64,000 nucleotides of DNA from Octopus bimaculoides (Eukaryota): contig NC_068994.1 of the NCBI RefSeq assembly GCF_001194135.2, positions 1,426,839 to 1,490,838 of the forward strand, written 5' to 3'. The notes below the pieces were generated by a model. It was not told the DNA's origin and did not search any database. It was given only the letters and a program-made list of their open reading frames with translations. Both the position numbers and the translations under genes were made by a program. The first letter of the stretch is position 1. Each line of letters begins with the position of its first letter. Positions 48,936-62,858 of this stretch are shown piece by piece.

Positions 48936-50079
48936 GGAGAGAGAGAGAGAGAGAGAGAGAGACTATATACATAAGATAGATAGATAGGTAGGTATGTGTG
49001 TTTTGTGGGGTGGAGTGTGTGCGTGTGTGTGTTCATCTGAGGTTGGTACCACCACCAAATTACATCATTGATGCCTGTCACCAAAGTCTTTGGTGCCTGA
49101 TAAAGAACTGGGTTCACTGAACTAAGAAAAGTATGTTTTCCTGGTTACAGTAAGTAAAATGTGGCCGTGCTGGAGCATTTCTTTTAAATGCTTTATCAGT
49201 GACATACAACAGCTTATATTTTTGTCACACATGAATGTTGAAACTGTCTGGGGAATAACACCCTTGATGTGGACCTATACATATATACATTACATACTTC
49301 ATATATATATATACCGACAAATGTATGTATGTGCACTAGACACGCATGTATGCACATATTTCTGTATATGCATGTACATCCATAACAGGATAGATATGTA
49401 TATATATATGTGTGTGTTTATAAATGCAAATATGTATGTGTATGTGTGTGTATGCATATATATATATATATATATACATATATGTATATCATCTTAATTT
49501 TGATGCACGTACAATGATTTCTATCAAATTACTTCAATATATACTCACCAATCTATAATATATTCATATCATAATATATAAATTGCATTTCAATATGTGC
49601 ATGTATATATATTATGCATACATTTGGAATAAATGTGCATACACATGCATATGCATGCACACACATACGCATACATATGAAGATAAACTTACATATGTCA
49701 AGTGTGTGTGTATATATATATACACACACACACACACACATATATGACTATATGTATATATATATATATTTTGTATGTATACATGCATTCACATTCATGT
49801 GCAAACAATGAGGTATAATTGCTGATATATTTTTGCAGTATGACTGTTCATGTACACACACAAACCAATCTGTACACTTCACCCCTCGCCATCCATTCCC
49901 ACCCCTAATGTTCACCCCTGCCCCCCACTCCCTGGACAATTGCCAAATATATTGAATATCTGTACAAACAGAAATATTTATACAAGATCACCTTCATGCT
50001 GGCCCTGCTCTCTCTCCTCCGATTGCTTCTCTATCACACACACACACACACACACGAACACCACATGCACACACACACA

Positions 50080-50112
<33 letters not shown>

Positions 50113-50229
50113 GAACACCACATGCACACACACACTCATACACACACATACACACACATATGAAAACATCTGCTGTATGCATGCATGTATATGTGCAAAT
50201 GTACATGCATACACGCATGTGGGTAACCA

Positions 50230-50264
<35 letters not shown>

Positions 50265-50427
50265 GCATAATTACATATATGTATGCACATAGTAAAGCAT
50301 ATACATACGTACATAACTATCCACTCATACATACATACATGTGTGTGCGTATGTATATATATGCATATTTGAATATATATATGTGAATAAATGCATGTCT
50401 GTGTATATGTGTGTGTGTGTGTGTGTG

Positions 50428-50485
<58 letters not shown>

Positions 50486-51008
50486 AAAACAGATACTTAG
50501 TCAAAGTCAAACACACATGTAAAATGCTGTCATGTATGTATATATATATATATATATATATCCATACTGTGTATTTATACATATAAATGCATCTGTGTGT
50601 GTATAGAAGTGCATGTTTATGTTAACTGGTATCTGTGTGTCATGCATGTACATATGTATGTATGTATGTGTGTGTGTGTTTATATATGCATGTACATATG
50701 TATTTATGTATGTATGTATGCATTTATGTATCTGTGTGTATGTGCATGTATATATTAATGTAACTGCGTGTGTGTGTGTGTTTGTGAGCATATGTGCATT
50801 TGTATTCAATTACATGTGCAGTAGCATGCGATAAGCCTTCAATATCTACTTTAATACAATGCAAGTTGTATAGGCAGACATATAATGGTGTATAATTACA
50901 CATGCATTTGCATATACGCATATACACGCCTACCCACACACACACACAAATCCACTAACACCCACATGCACACCCACACACATGCACGCACACACACACA
51001 CATATACG

Positions 51009-51059
<51 letters not shown>

Positions 51060-51082
51060 ACACATGTAGATACAGGAATGCA

Positions 51083-51113
<31 letters not shown>

Positions 51114-51831
51114 ATACACATACATGTATGTATGTAAGAATGTACATGCATACACATATGTACATATGCAGGGAGGAAGGGTGAGAGAGAAATAGATAAA
51201 CAGACAGATAGATAGGGAGGGAGGGAGGGAAAGAGTGATACACAAGCATATACATAGATATGTGAATTAACTGCAGAAGTGTATGTATATGTAGATAAAT
51301 ATATATATATACATTGGTGTGTGTGTGTGCATGTATTTGTTCACCTGTGTGCGTGTGCATGCTTGATGCGAATGACTCTACTGTGAATTATAAATATATG
51401 TAGCTATTTACTTATGCATTAATGCTTTAATGATTTTTATAAACAATAGAGGCATTCCACAATATACAGCAATACAATTGTATTTATTATATCTGAGTGT
51501 GTATGTATATATATATATATATATGTGTGTGTGGAGACAAGCGAGGAATGTATATACACACATACATTGCATGAATGATTGCATGGAAACCTTCAGGACA
51601 ATAAGTTTATCTGAACTCTTACAAATCCAATTATGATGTACGTATGTGTGTATAAACAAATATCACGCATGTATCTAAATGTATGTGTGTGTATATACAT
51701 ATATATGTTATGGATATATATGTATACTTACTTTCATACATACTTAATAAGACTTAACATTTTCATGAATTAAAATGAAACCAAATGAGATTTGTGTGTG
51801 TGTGTGTGTATACATACATACATACATACAT

Positions 51832-51872
<41 letters not shown>

Positions 51873-51995
51873 CATGTATGTATATATGTGAATGTTTAAA
51901 ATTCATCTATGTAAGTATATATATTTATATACATATATGTATGGGTGTGTGAGTGTATTTATGTGTATACATGTATATATATATAATTACTCACA

Positions 51996-52045
<50 letters not shown>

Positions 52046-52368
52046 GTAATTATAATGCAAAACGAAATTCTGGCGTACATATTAGATAAATATAGAATTA
52101 AATATAAAATGTATATATGTTAGTATAATGGCACACACACACACATACATGTGCACACACATCTATTGTGCTTGGGTGGGGACTATATATATTACCGTGT
52201 GTGTGTGTGTGTGAATCCGTTAATAAAATGCAATATATTTATTTTTGCATGAATCTTACTGAAAATTATTCTTCCAGCTATATACATACATAAACATAAA
52301 AGTATGTGCATGTATATATTCATATATATATATTATATATATATACACACACACGTATATGTTTGTAT

Positions 52369-52413
<45 letters not shown>

Positions 52414-52671
52414 CAGGATTGTTTCAATATCAGCCTTAGCATGTAATCCATGGCCAGACGATGCCCATCCTGTCAGCACCTACCGTCATCAGATTCCAAA
52501 TCAGTAATGTTCCTCCATCACTAGACATGTTTTCTCACAAACTTGGAAACAAACAACTCCACGTTTATGTTGGTGACACTTGTTTACAACTCTTCACTAA
52601 ATCAAACAGGAAGATACAAACACATACACGCACATATTAACATGTGTGTGTGTGTATACAGATATACGCAT

Positions 52672-52703
<32 letters not shown>

Positions 52704-53032
52704 CATACAGAGAGAAAGAGAGAGAGACATATTGAAAAGTTGCTATTTCAATTCTTCAGCATTTAGTTTTTTTGTTTGCCTACCAATTGATATTCATGAA
52801 TAACAATAGTTAAATTACATTTCCCTTCTGATGATCTAGCATTGTAAGTTAGTTATGGAACTACCGTTGTAATGCTCATCTCATAACATACAAGTGTATG
52901 CTAGGGAAACATGTGTAAATGCTATGTAATTTATGATGTAATGATAAAAATATTTTACAAGCTAATCCCCATGTTGAATACACACACACACATATATGTG
53001 TATGTATATTTATATGGGGCTTGTCTGTGTTC

Positions 53033-53081
<49 letters not shown>

Positions 53082-53993
53082 GAGAGAGAGATTTAAATAT
53101 GCCATCATGCAAAAATATAATTTCCTCTCCCTTGGCTGAGAGATATAGGAATGCTAACCCCAAATTGCTTACTCTTCCCAACTCAACACACCACACCATT
53201 TCTATCACTGATTGTTATTGAGGAGGGACAATCTAAGCACATAAAGTGTTCAATAAATAACAATGGAGATGATCATGATGATGATGATGACTGTGGTAGT
53301 TGCAGTTGTTGTTGTTGTTGGTGGTGGTGGTGGTGGAGGGGGGGGTGCGGTAATATGAACAATAACGAGGATGTTGTATCTTCCTCAGATGTTTTCTCTA
53401 AATGAATGCAAACTAAAAAACAAAAACGAAATTAATTTTATTTTTGTTTCCTCCACATTCTGTAGGAATTGTTAAAGTGAACGGCAATGATGTCTGTTTT
53501 AGCAACAACCAGGGAGAATTGCAAAACTTCTTTCCAAAGACAACTCATTAATTATTTAAAAAAAATATTCTAAGAACAATTACGAAACGAGTGTTCAACA
53601 TTAATACTTTAAAAAAATACTTCTCTGATCCCTAAAAGCCCCTTACACACAAACACACACACACAGAGGTTTTCCTTGTTTTTACAACAACCATGTATTT
53701 TTTCCCCACATTAATGTACAAAATGCATTCCGTAAGTTGTCCTTAGAAGATTGTTAAATGACAAATTTTTAATTTTTAATTTCAATTTGTAAAGAATGTT
53801 TACAACTCTGTCAGTAAAAGCAGACATTTTGTTTCACTTCATCGTTTCCTGCATAAATTAGAATATTTTTAGCTTTTATTCAGTTATTGATATGGCAATA
53901 CTGATGACGGTGTCAAGTATTTAGAGGGTCTCTCACAACTTTGCTATTGGAAAGAACCATGTATACCATGCCTATATACTATATATATATATA

Positions 53994-54117
53994 GGCATTA
54001 GGAAGGACATCCAGCTGTAGAAAACCATGCCAAATCAGACTGGAACCTGGCACAGCCTTCCAGCGTGCCAACCCATGCTAGCATGGACAACGAACATTAA
54101 ATGATGATGACGATGAT
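53994..54117 (+). mobile_element. RTE-type 3' tail
   Basis: GGCATTAGGAAGGACATCCAGCTGTAGAAAACC...CCCATGCTAGCATGGAC...TTAAATGATGATGAC. Confidence 0.85.
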
Positions 54118-54133
54118 GTATGTATGTATGTAT

Positions 54134-54312
54134 ACGCGAGGAGTTGCTTAGAAGTTCCTGGGTTTGGGTAAATGAAAATACAGGAGGATCAGTTAATTCT
54201 GATTTTATTCAACATATCCCCCTCCTCTCAGATTCACACACTTATTGCAATGGTTCTTCAGTTTTTCTCAGACCTTTAAAAGAACTCAGATGGTTGGGCA
54301 TCTAATCAAGCC
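54134..54312 (-). mobile_element. mariner-type terminal fragment (TIR-like end + decayed transposase C-terminus)
   Basis: TA-CG..GAGTTGCTTAGAAGTTCCTGG terminus. The minus strand contains ...AATAAGTGTGTGAATCTGAGAGG..GATATGTTGAATAA (NKCVNLRG..YVE*, mariner C-terminus). Confidence 0.7.
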
Positions 54313-54361
54313 TATGTTTAGCCCCCTGTAGGCAATAAAGAAATAAATATTCTCTCTGCTT

Positions 54362-54583
54362 GAAGGCAGGGGGGAGCTGGCAGAGACGTTAGCATGCCAG
54401 TCGAAATGCTTGCTGGTATTCCATCTGTCTTTACATTCTGAGTTCAAATTCCGCCGAGGTTGACTTTGTCTTTCATCCCTTTGGAGTCGATAAATTAAGT
54501 ACCAGTTGTGTACTGGGGTCGATCTAATCGACTGCCCCCCCCCCTCCACCAAAATTTTGGGCTTTGTGCCTTGAGTAGAAAAG
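54362..54583 (+). mobile_element. intact SINE family A with 16-bp target-site duplication
   Basis: AATATTCTCTCTGCTT occurs at 54346-54361 and 54584-54599. A-box-like TGGCAGAGACG and B-box-like GAGTTCAAATTCC are present. Confidence 0.92.
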
Positions 54584-55030
54584 AATATTCTCTCTGCTTT
54601 ACTTATCCAAAAGAGTGGGATTTTTTTACACTACAACATGTCCCCAATCATCATGGTCCCTCGTCAGTTATTTTGTGAGGTTCAGCATCTTGAAATCAGT
54701 TTTCCCCATTTCGTCCCCTGTGTTTCTTGCTCTTCCCTTCCACGGGCACTGACCCCATTCACTGCTCAGCACTTTTTTTTTATGCAGCTGTCATTAGCCG
54801 TATGCATCACATGTTTTACATGTTGGACTGTTTTATTCAAGCACACAGCAGACATTACACAACCAGCCGAGGAGCAGGCTTGCCTCACGCCTTTCTAGCC
54901 TTTGCTCTGTATCAAAGCAGACAGTGAAGCCTTGACGCACTCCTGTCACTCGATCTTTCATCTCAAACTGTCCACATAAAAGTACTAGGATTAATTCATT
55001 GGACTATATATATATATATATATATATATT

Positions 55031-55245
55031 TATGTGTGTGTGTGTTTGTGCCCCCTCCCCACCACTGCTTGACAGCCAGTGTTAGTGTGATTATGTGCCT
55101 GTAACTTAGTGGTTCAACAAAAGAGACTGATAGAATAAATACCAGGCTGAAAAAGAAAAAAGAGATAGTAGTGGGGGTCAATTCATTTGACTAAGAATTC
55201 TCCAGGGCAGTGCCCCAGCTTCGCCACAGTCTAATGACTGAAACA
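55031..55245 (+). mobile_element. SINE family B 3' half, followed by 3x AAACGAACCAGAT
   Basis: GCTTGACAGCCAGTG...GTAACTTAGTGGTTC..AAAAGAGACTGATAGAATAA...TGACTGAAACAA. Confidence 0.8.
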
Positions 55246-55987
55246 AAACGAACCAGATAAACGAACCAGATAAACGAACCAGATGTGGTTTGCTGTGTCT
55301 GTGTGTACGAGTGGTCCTGTTAGTTGTTCCCTGCAGATGGAACCCCATTGCAATGACACTTGCAGGCTCTGTCCCCTTCACATGTAGGCCTCTACATGTA
55401 AACACTTCATCCGGCATAATTAGTGTTTGTTACTGAACTTCCTGCCATCAGTGGTGGCCAGATTAGAGGTCGGTCAGTCTTTAAACCAAACAGTTAACAT
55501 GTGAAACTATTGTGTCCAACTGGACATGTTTATTTACACACACACACACACACACAGAGCATCATCATCATCATCATTATCATCATCAACACCACCGGCA
55601 TCACCATAACTGTCACAGCCCCCCCCCCCCCNNNNNNNNNNNNNNNNNNNNNNNNNNTCACCAGCACCATCGCAGCCACCACCACCATCACCACCATCAC
55701 CACCACCACAACTACATGGAACATTGCCATTGCAGCCCCTTTGTCTTTACGTCACCTCATCCTTCTTTCTTCCAGCTCTTCTGCCTTCACCTAACCCCAC
55801 ACACCCTCCTCCTCCTCCTCCTCACAACATTCTCAAACTTTTTTGTAACCTTTTTCTCCTCGTTTGACAAAAATCTATTTTTCATTCTGGCATCAGAGAA
55901 CAATCACACACACACACACACACACACATGCATACACACATGTACACATGCACAAGTGTGTGTATGTATGTTAGTACGTGTGTGTGA

Positions 55988-56030
<43 letters not shown>

Positions 56031-57615
56031 CATACATACAGAGAGAGAGAGAGAGAGAGAGACATATGAACATGCATACTTACAAAGATGCATACACACA
56101 CACACACACACACATTTAGATATATTTATATATATGTGTGTACATATGCCACATGTGCATACATTCACAGTGCCACGACAAACACACAGAAATGTGTGTG
56201 TATTCGTACATGCATGTGCATTGTTTTAGAAACCCCTTAATTTTTTTTCCAGTCGTGTGTGTGTGTGTGTGTGTGTGTGTTTTTGGCAAGAAGTGATTTT
56301 GTGGTGAGGTAAGACTGTTTGAAGATTAACTCCCACTGGCTGAAGCGATAGACAACAACAACAACAACAGCTAGGAGAGCAAGATAAACTACAACAACAC
56401 AAAATAACAAAAAAACTCAAAAGAAACAATAACAAAAAATGAGAATGGTTTCCTTAAACAACAACAACAACAGCAATGATATGAGGTGTGTGGTCTGCGA
56501 GACATGGCAGCCAACACTTACTCGACTCATACTCTTTGAAATGATAGTATTGTACAATGAGGTTCTATACACACAGAATATCTAAAGAGGCAGGATGGGC
56601 ATGGTTGGAAAACAGGTTTGATGATAGACCAGCTCTGTTGTTAAGCCTGGGGGCTTAACAACAATTACTACCACTACTATTTATAATAATAATGATAATA
56701 ATAATAACGATAGTGGTAATGACAATAATGTAGTGATGGTGATAGTAGTGGTAATGGAGTGGTGGTAGTGGTGGTGGTGATGTTGATTATAATTCTAAGG
56801 GTTTTCTATCAGTAATGAAAATAAAGTAAATTAAAATTATTATCATCTAAAAAGGAGGGAGGAGGAGTTGGGAGAGGAAGAAAAGAGGAGGAGGAGGAGG
56901 GGGTCAAAACATTAAAATTGGATGAAATAAGAAAAAACCACATAGAAAATAAAAAATACATAAAAACGTGTGTGCGTGTCTATATGCGTACATATATGTA
57001 TCTGTGTACATATATATGTGTGTATGTATATATATGTGTGTGTAGTGTATATATATGTGTGTGTGTGTGTGTGTGTCTATTTCTGTATACACACACATAT
57101 ATATGTGTATATATTGTATCTGTGTGTATTTTAGAATTAACCCACCAAAACAAAAAAAAAGATCACAACCAAAAACAGAAAAAAAACAAACGAAAACCAG
57201 GTAGAAAGACAAGAGTGTTGGGGGTGGGGGTCATGGAATGGCAAATTGGAATGAAAACTGAAGATAAGAAGAGTAAAAGAGAGTATCTGTTGGAAATATA
57301 AAGAGTTTTTCAGGAAAAAATTTTAAAACAAAATGCATTCGTTAAAAAAAAAATTAATTGCAAATCACCAGCAGCAGCAGCAGTAGCAGCAATAATAATG
57401 ATAATAATAATAATAATAATAATAATGATTAAACGTTCCTTTATTTACTAGTTGTTTATTTACTTTTTGTTTATTTATTTATTCTCTATTTTCTCAATAT
57501 TATCAGCAGTAATAAAACCATCAAAAATAAAAACAAAATTACCAAAAAAAAAAACCATATAAAGATTCTCTAAACATACGCTCACANNNNNNNNNNNNNN
57601 NNNNNNNNNNNNNNN

Positions 57616-57657
<42 letters not shown>

Positions 57658-57835
57658 GATGATGCAGAATTTAAAAAATAATAAAACGCATTCAAATTTT
57701 ATACCTGTGTGTGTATATATATTGTATTTGCATGTGTATGTTGTGTGTCTAGTATATGTGTGCATATGTGTTTGTGTGAGTGTAACATACATATACATAT
57801 ATATACATATATATATATGTATGTATGTATGTATG

Positions 57836-57866
<31 letters not shown>

Positions 57867-58064
57867 ATATGTATATATGTATGTATGTATATATATGTAT
57901 ATCATCATCCTCATCTCTCCATCATTTTAACGTCCACTTTTACTGCCTTGCATGGGTCAGAGGGGATATTTTGCGGCAGATTTTCTACCATTTTGATTCT
58001 CTTCCTGTCACCAACTTCATCCGTTTCCAAGCAAAACTGGCAATATGACCATCCCCAAGTACAT

Positions 58065-58120
<56 letters not shown>

Positions 58121-58509
58121 GTATGCATACATGCACATACATACATACATATATGCATGTACGTAGGTATGTATGTAGGCACATTAGTGTATGCATGATT
58201 CTGTTGTATTGAATAATATATTTACACAATATACAAAGAACATGACTATGTTACATTTTAATTTTTTTCTATAAGTCCTTACCATATTTTTCTATCTTGC
58301 TTGGAATTTAAGTTTCTAAAACTATTTCATTAGACTATCTCATCCTCATCTTCAAGCTATGAAGTGTTGTTGGCCTCTGTATGCCTTTCAGCCCTCTTTT
58401 TCATACTGGATTACTTTTGATTAAATGGATTTTACAGCTAGAATTTGACTGTAATTGTCAGCTTGTGTTGGAATGTGAGTATTGCTTCCATAATCATTCA
58501 CCAATTTTT

Positions 58510-58893
58510 TGAGGAAACTTAGTTTTTGTTTTATGGTGCATGATGTAGTGTGTGGCAATTGCTACTTGTTTGAAATGCATGGTGAGCCTGTAAGAGAGAG
58601 TGCTGTACATGTCTGGCCATTGTAGCAATTAGAATAAGTTTTCACCTTTTATTTTCACTAACAAATCTCCAGATTACATTGGTCATTTTCAATTTGTTCT
58701 TGTGACGTGCCTGTGATGACCAGACATTTTTGATCTCATTGTTTTCATTCTCTATGATCAGTGTTGCTTTGGTGTGACACATGTTATGTTTCATTTTATG
58801 AGCTCTTTGATTCTCTGTTCGTCTCTTCCATACCTGGCATACGTTTGATTCCTTTAGTGTGCTTTGTCTGATGTATGTCTGTTTAGAAGACAC
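58510..58893 (-). pseudogene. probable Penelope-like element GIY-YIG endonuclease remnant
   Basis: The minus strand gives ...LII...TNVIWRF...; after a stop and frameshifts it gives CYNGQTCTALS/YRLTMHFKQVAIATHYIMHH. This resembles the NVVYxF...YIGxTxxxLxxRLTxH pattern of PLE GIY-YIG domains. Confidence 0.55.
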
Positions 58894-59062
58894 ACCCCTT
58901 CAATGTACTTCTGTCTCTCTTCATGAGTAGTCATCGGTCTACTGAAGTGCTTGAATATCTGCCATTAATCTGTGTTTGTTTTATCCACTGTTTCATTGGT
59001 GGGAGATAATCTAAATTGATTCCATGCATTTCGTACGGCCAATCACTCTCTCCACGTTGGTA

Positions 59063-59345
59063 TTCTTTTATTCTTTTCCTTGTTTCAGTCATTAAACTGT
59101 GGCCATGCTGGGGCATTGCCTTGAAAAACTTTAGTTGAAAGAATTGACTCATGTACTAATTTGTTTTTTTGCCAGCTAGGTTCTATCAGTCTCTTTTGCC
59201 AAATTGCTAAGTTACAGGGACATACACAAACCAACACCAGTTGTCAAGAGAGGTGGTGGTGGCTGAACACATTCACAATGACACACTGACAGAGATATAT
59301 ACACTCACAAGGCAATGGTCAGCCTGAGGGTATTGGGAAGATGCA
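59063..59345 (-). mobile_element. SINE family B, decayed
   Basis: TTCTTTTCCTTGTTTCAGTCATT...GGCCATGCTGGGGCA...CAACACCAGTTGTCAAG and ACTCACAAGGC..TGGTCAGCCTGAGG. Confidence 0.75.
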
Positions 59346-60482
59346 AGTGGAAAACAAGACAGACAACATAAAGAACGACCCTTCATCAGTTGTTTTGCTG
59401 TTTTTTCTCCTTTCCATACTTTGAGCATTTAACAATATATACGAGAACATTATTGATGTGATTCATTTGCATGAGGCCAGTAAATCATTCACTACTCAGA
59501 GTTTTACACTTTTGATCTTCCTCTGGCAATGTATTATAAAAGTATTTTGTGATTCAACACCTTGAGGAAGACAGGGAGTTGGAAATCTGTCAGTTCCACT
59601 GGAGTGAATTACCAAATACACACACACACACACGCATTACAATGTGTATTGAGTACTAGTTCTCTTGTTTGTGTTATGAAACACAGAAGTGCATGTATGT
59701 ATATGTTTGTATGTGTGTATTTACTCATGTATATATGTATACGTCCCCCCGTCGCCCCCCCCCCCCACATAGGGTTGTCTATTTCTGTAGAATCCCTCCA
59801 GACTTCTCTCCTTAATCATTATCTCTGTCATGAAACAACAGCAACAACAATGGTGACTACAACAACAACAACAGCTACAATTGTGACGTTAATTAATGTG
59901 TGATTCAATTTTCATTTATCAACAAATTAAGGGGGCATGGTGTCGTCACCGCCGCCATCATTGCTGCTGCTGCTGTTGTTGTTGTTTTACGTCTAACATT
60001 AATTCTTGTGTCATTAGGTTTCTTCTCTCTCTCCTCCCTCCCTCCCTCCCACCACTACACTCCACCACCCTGGGGCACATCATCACCACCACCTCCACCA
60101 CTACTATTACTACAACCAGTGTGCCACTAATTACATTACAAATCACCTGCCTCTAGCACCAAAAATCTAAGAATCAAGAATAGATATCCAGCCTTCACAA
60201 AACACACCGAAAACTCTCTCTCTCTCATTCTCTCTCTCTCATTCTCTCATTCTCTCTCTCTCTGCTCTTCTACAATTTCACACTGATGACTGCCATTATA
60301 ATCTCAACATTATTAACATCATCATCATCATAATCATCACCATCATCTTCCCCCTTATCATCATCATCATTGTCCTCATGATTTGCATCACAATCATCAT
60401 CATCATTAGTATCATTATTATCCCTGTTGTTGTTATCATTATCATAATTATTATTATCATCATCGTTACTGTTGTTGTTATT

Positions 60483-60757
60483 AAGGCATCAATTCGGCAG
60501 AAGCATCACTGCATTGCAAGAAATGCTTCGTTGCATTTCTTCTCATGCTTTACGCTCTGAGTTCAAATCCCACCGAGATAGACTTTGTCTTTCATTCCTT
60601 TTGGGTCAATGAAATAAAGTACCAGTAAAATACTGGGTTTCAATGTAATCGATTTGTCCCCTCCCCTCAAAACTGTCGCCTTTGTACCAGAATTTTGCCT
60701 GTCTTTGAGTTCTGACTGCCACTCACCCCTTGGTACCAAAACTTGAAATCAATATTT
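60483..60757 (+). mobile_element. SINE family A
   Basis: AAGGCA..CGGCAGAA...CTCTGAGTTCAAATCCCACCGAG...AAGTACCAGT...AATGTAATCGA. Confidence 0.75.
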
Positions 60758-61124
60758 AAGCCATTGTTGACAATTTCACAATTTTTCAGATTTCACTCAG
60801 TTTTTGTTGTTGTTCCTCAGCAGAGTCCTGTATGAAACCCTGCCCTCCATACACACACCACATAGGAGACACAGACATGCAATGAGAGGAAAGACCTTAC
60901 CTGGTTGTTCAACCTGCTAGAAATAACTGTTGGATGCCCCTTAAATCGTACCCTTCATGTCTTTCTCTGAATTGCAAAGATTTCTCTATGAGAGTATTTT
61001 GCTTTTGGACATTTTTGTAGCCAGGTTGATTTAAAAAAAAGGTATTGTTAACCCTTAGCCCAGCCTTCTTTCATCTGGGACCATCTGTCACTCTCATTTG
61101 GAACAGACAAACAGACAGACAGAG

Positions 61125-61277
61125 AACTCACCCCCAGTAATTGACTGGTTCTTTCTTTTACCAGCCCTGCATAAATGAAAGTAAAGACAACCTCAGAAGG
61201 ATATGAACTCAAGACTGATAGAACCAAATCAAACACTGCAACATGTTTTGTCTGGTGCTCTACCAGTTCTGCCACCT
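61125..61277 (-). mobile_element. SINE family A, diverged; lies between family D fragments (60903-60960, 61335-61390)
   Basis: CCCCAGTAATTGACTGGT...ATGAAAGTAAAG...TGAACTCAAGAC...CAGTTCTGCCACC. Confidence 0.6.
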
Positions 61278-62654
61278 GAGTCCATTAAATGGCAGACAAT
61301 ACTATATGTAATATAGTTCCTAACTGAACTTCAGACAAGATAGTCATGGTTGGATCAAGGTCGATTTGGAGTTAAACAGCAACAACAACAAGGAACACAT
61401 CCCAGTTATAATGAATAATTCACTCCAGTCTCGTAACAGTTAACATCTCCCCCTGGTGGACAAATTAGGAATTACTCTGAGAGTTTTTGCAGTCAGAATA
61501 TGAAGCCACTGGAACCAGCACCCTGATGGATGGGTCCCCATTCATAGAGATAGATAAAGAGTACCATTTCCACCCTGTATCCACCCTTACCCAAGGCTGC
61601 GCTTACAGTGCAAAATAATTCACTGGGGACCCTGTATTTATTCATTGGCAGCAACCTCCAGACCACAGCATACAGTGAGGCTCCCTAAACTCATAGGGAC
61701 TCTAAGCAACTGTCCTGTGTGCCCATGCCTGAAGGGGACTCTGTCGTTGTCTTCGCTACACCATCCAGACAATATTGGAAGGGTTTTGTAAAATCGGACA
61801 CCATTCCAATATTGCACAGGAACCACTAAACTAACTCTACATTAGCATTACAACAACACTACACTGCTGCTACCCCATTGCTACACCACTCTGCAACTAC
61901 ATCAGAAACTGTGCCAACATTCTTACATTTTTTAAAAAATCAATTAAAATTTATTTTAAGACCAAATTTTTACTCTAAGACAAAAAACTCCCATTTTTTG
62001 CCTATTTTTCATCTCAACTATTTTAGCTCCCTTTTTTCTCCCCGCCCCACCCGCCTTCCTCCCCTCCTTCTTTTATCTGCCCCTACTCCTCTCTCACCTA
62101 CCCCACCACCTCTCCTCCCTCCTCTCTAATCTAATCGGTAGAATCCTTATTAAAAGCTAATGGAGTCAGGGAGAATGTAATTAAACTAGCAGTTGCCTGC
62201 AACTTAATTGTACAACTGCCGTTTATCTCATTACACTGCTGCTGCTGTTGCTGCTGCTGCTGTTGCTGCTGCTTCATTGCTGGTGGTGCCACCATACTGT
62301 AAATGGCATACCTGAAAAAGATGGGGTGGTCATAAGTGAAGCCCCTTTGGTCACAGCCTCAGGTGGAGGAGGATCGACCGAGGACTAAACATTAACCCCT
62401 AACGCCAGGCAATATGAAAGGCAACAACACTGTTCTTGCACTCGCCAAACTGCTTGAGGACGAGAGCCTGAAAATATCTGCAGCAAGAGACGAAGGTTCT
62501 GGTAGATCTAGCTTTACCAAAGTTTCCCTAAGAGTTATTAAATGGGAAACAGAGAGACCGAATGCGTAGGAAAAGGGTGCTGTTAATGCCTGTTCCCACA
62601 ATGGATGAGGTTGCCCTGCCTGGGGATGACACTCACTGTGGTATGTTTCAGATA

Positions 62655-62858
62655 CCAGCTCCTCTGGCCCCTGTGCCGGTGGCACATAAAAAGCACCCAC
62701 TACACTCTCTGAGTGGTTGGTGTTAGGAAGGGCATCCAGCTGTAGAAACACTGCCAGATCAGACTGGAGCCTGGTGCAGCCTCCTGACTTCCCAGACCCC
62801 AGTCGAACCGTCCAACCCATGCCAGTATGGAAAGCGGACGTTAAACAATGATGATGAT
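62655..62858 (+). mobile_element. young-looking RTE-type 3' tail (possibly with 5' extension to ~62290)
   Basis: GTGCCGGTGGCACATAAAAAGCACCCACTACACTCTCTGAGTGGTTGGTGTTAGGAAGGGCATCCAGCTGTAG...GCGGACGTTAAACAATGATGATGAT. Confidence 0.88.

Noticed and set aside
53466-53551. Possible terminal exon after a strong acceptor (IVKVNGNDVCFSNNQGELQNFFPKTTH*)
   Set aside because: It is short, has no homology I recognise, and no upstream coding exon can be identified.
54700-54880. Cys-rich minus-strand peptide (CNVC...CKTC) like a piggyBac C-terminal domain
   Set aside because: It is interrupted by stops, the spacing is unconvincing, and no TTAA/TIR is seen.
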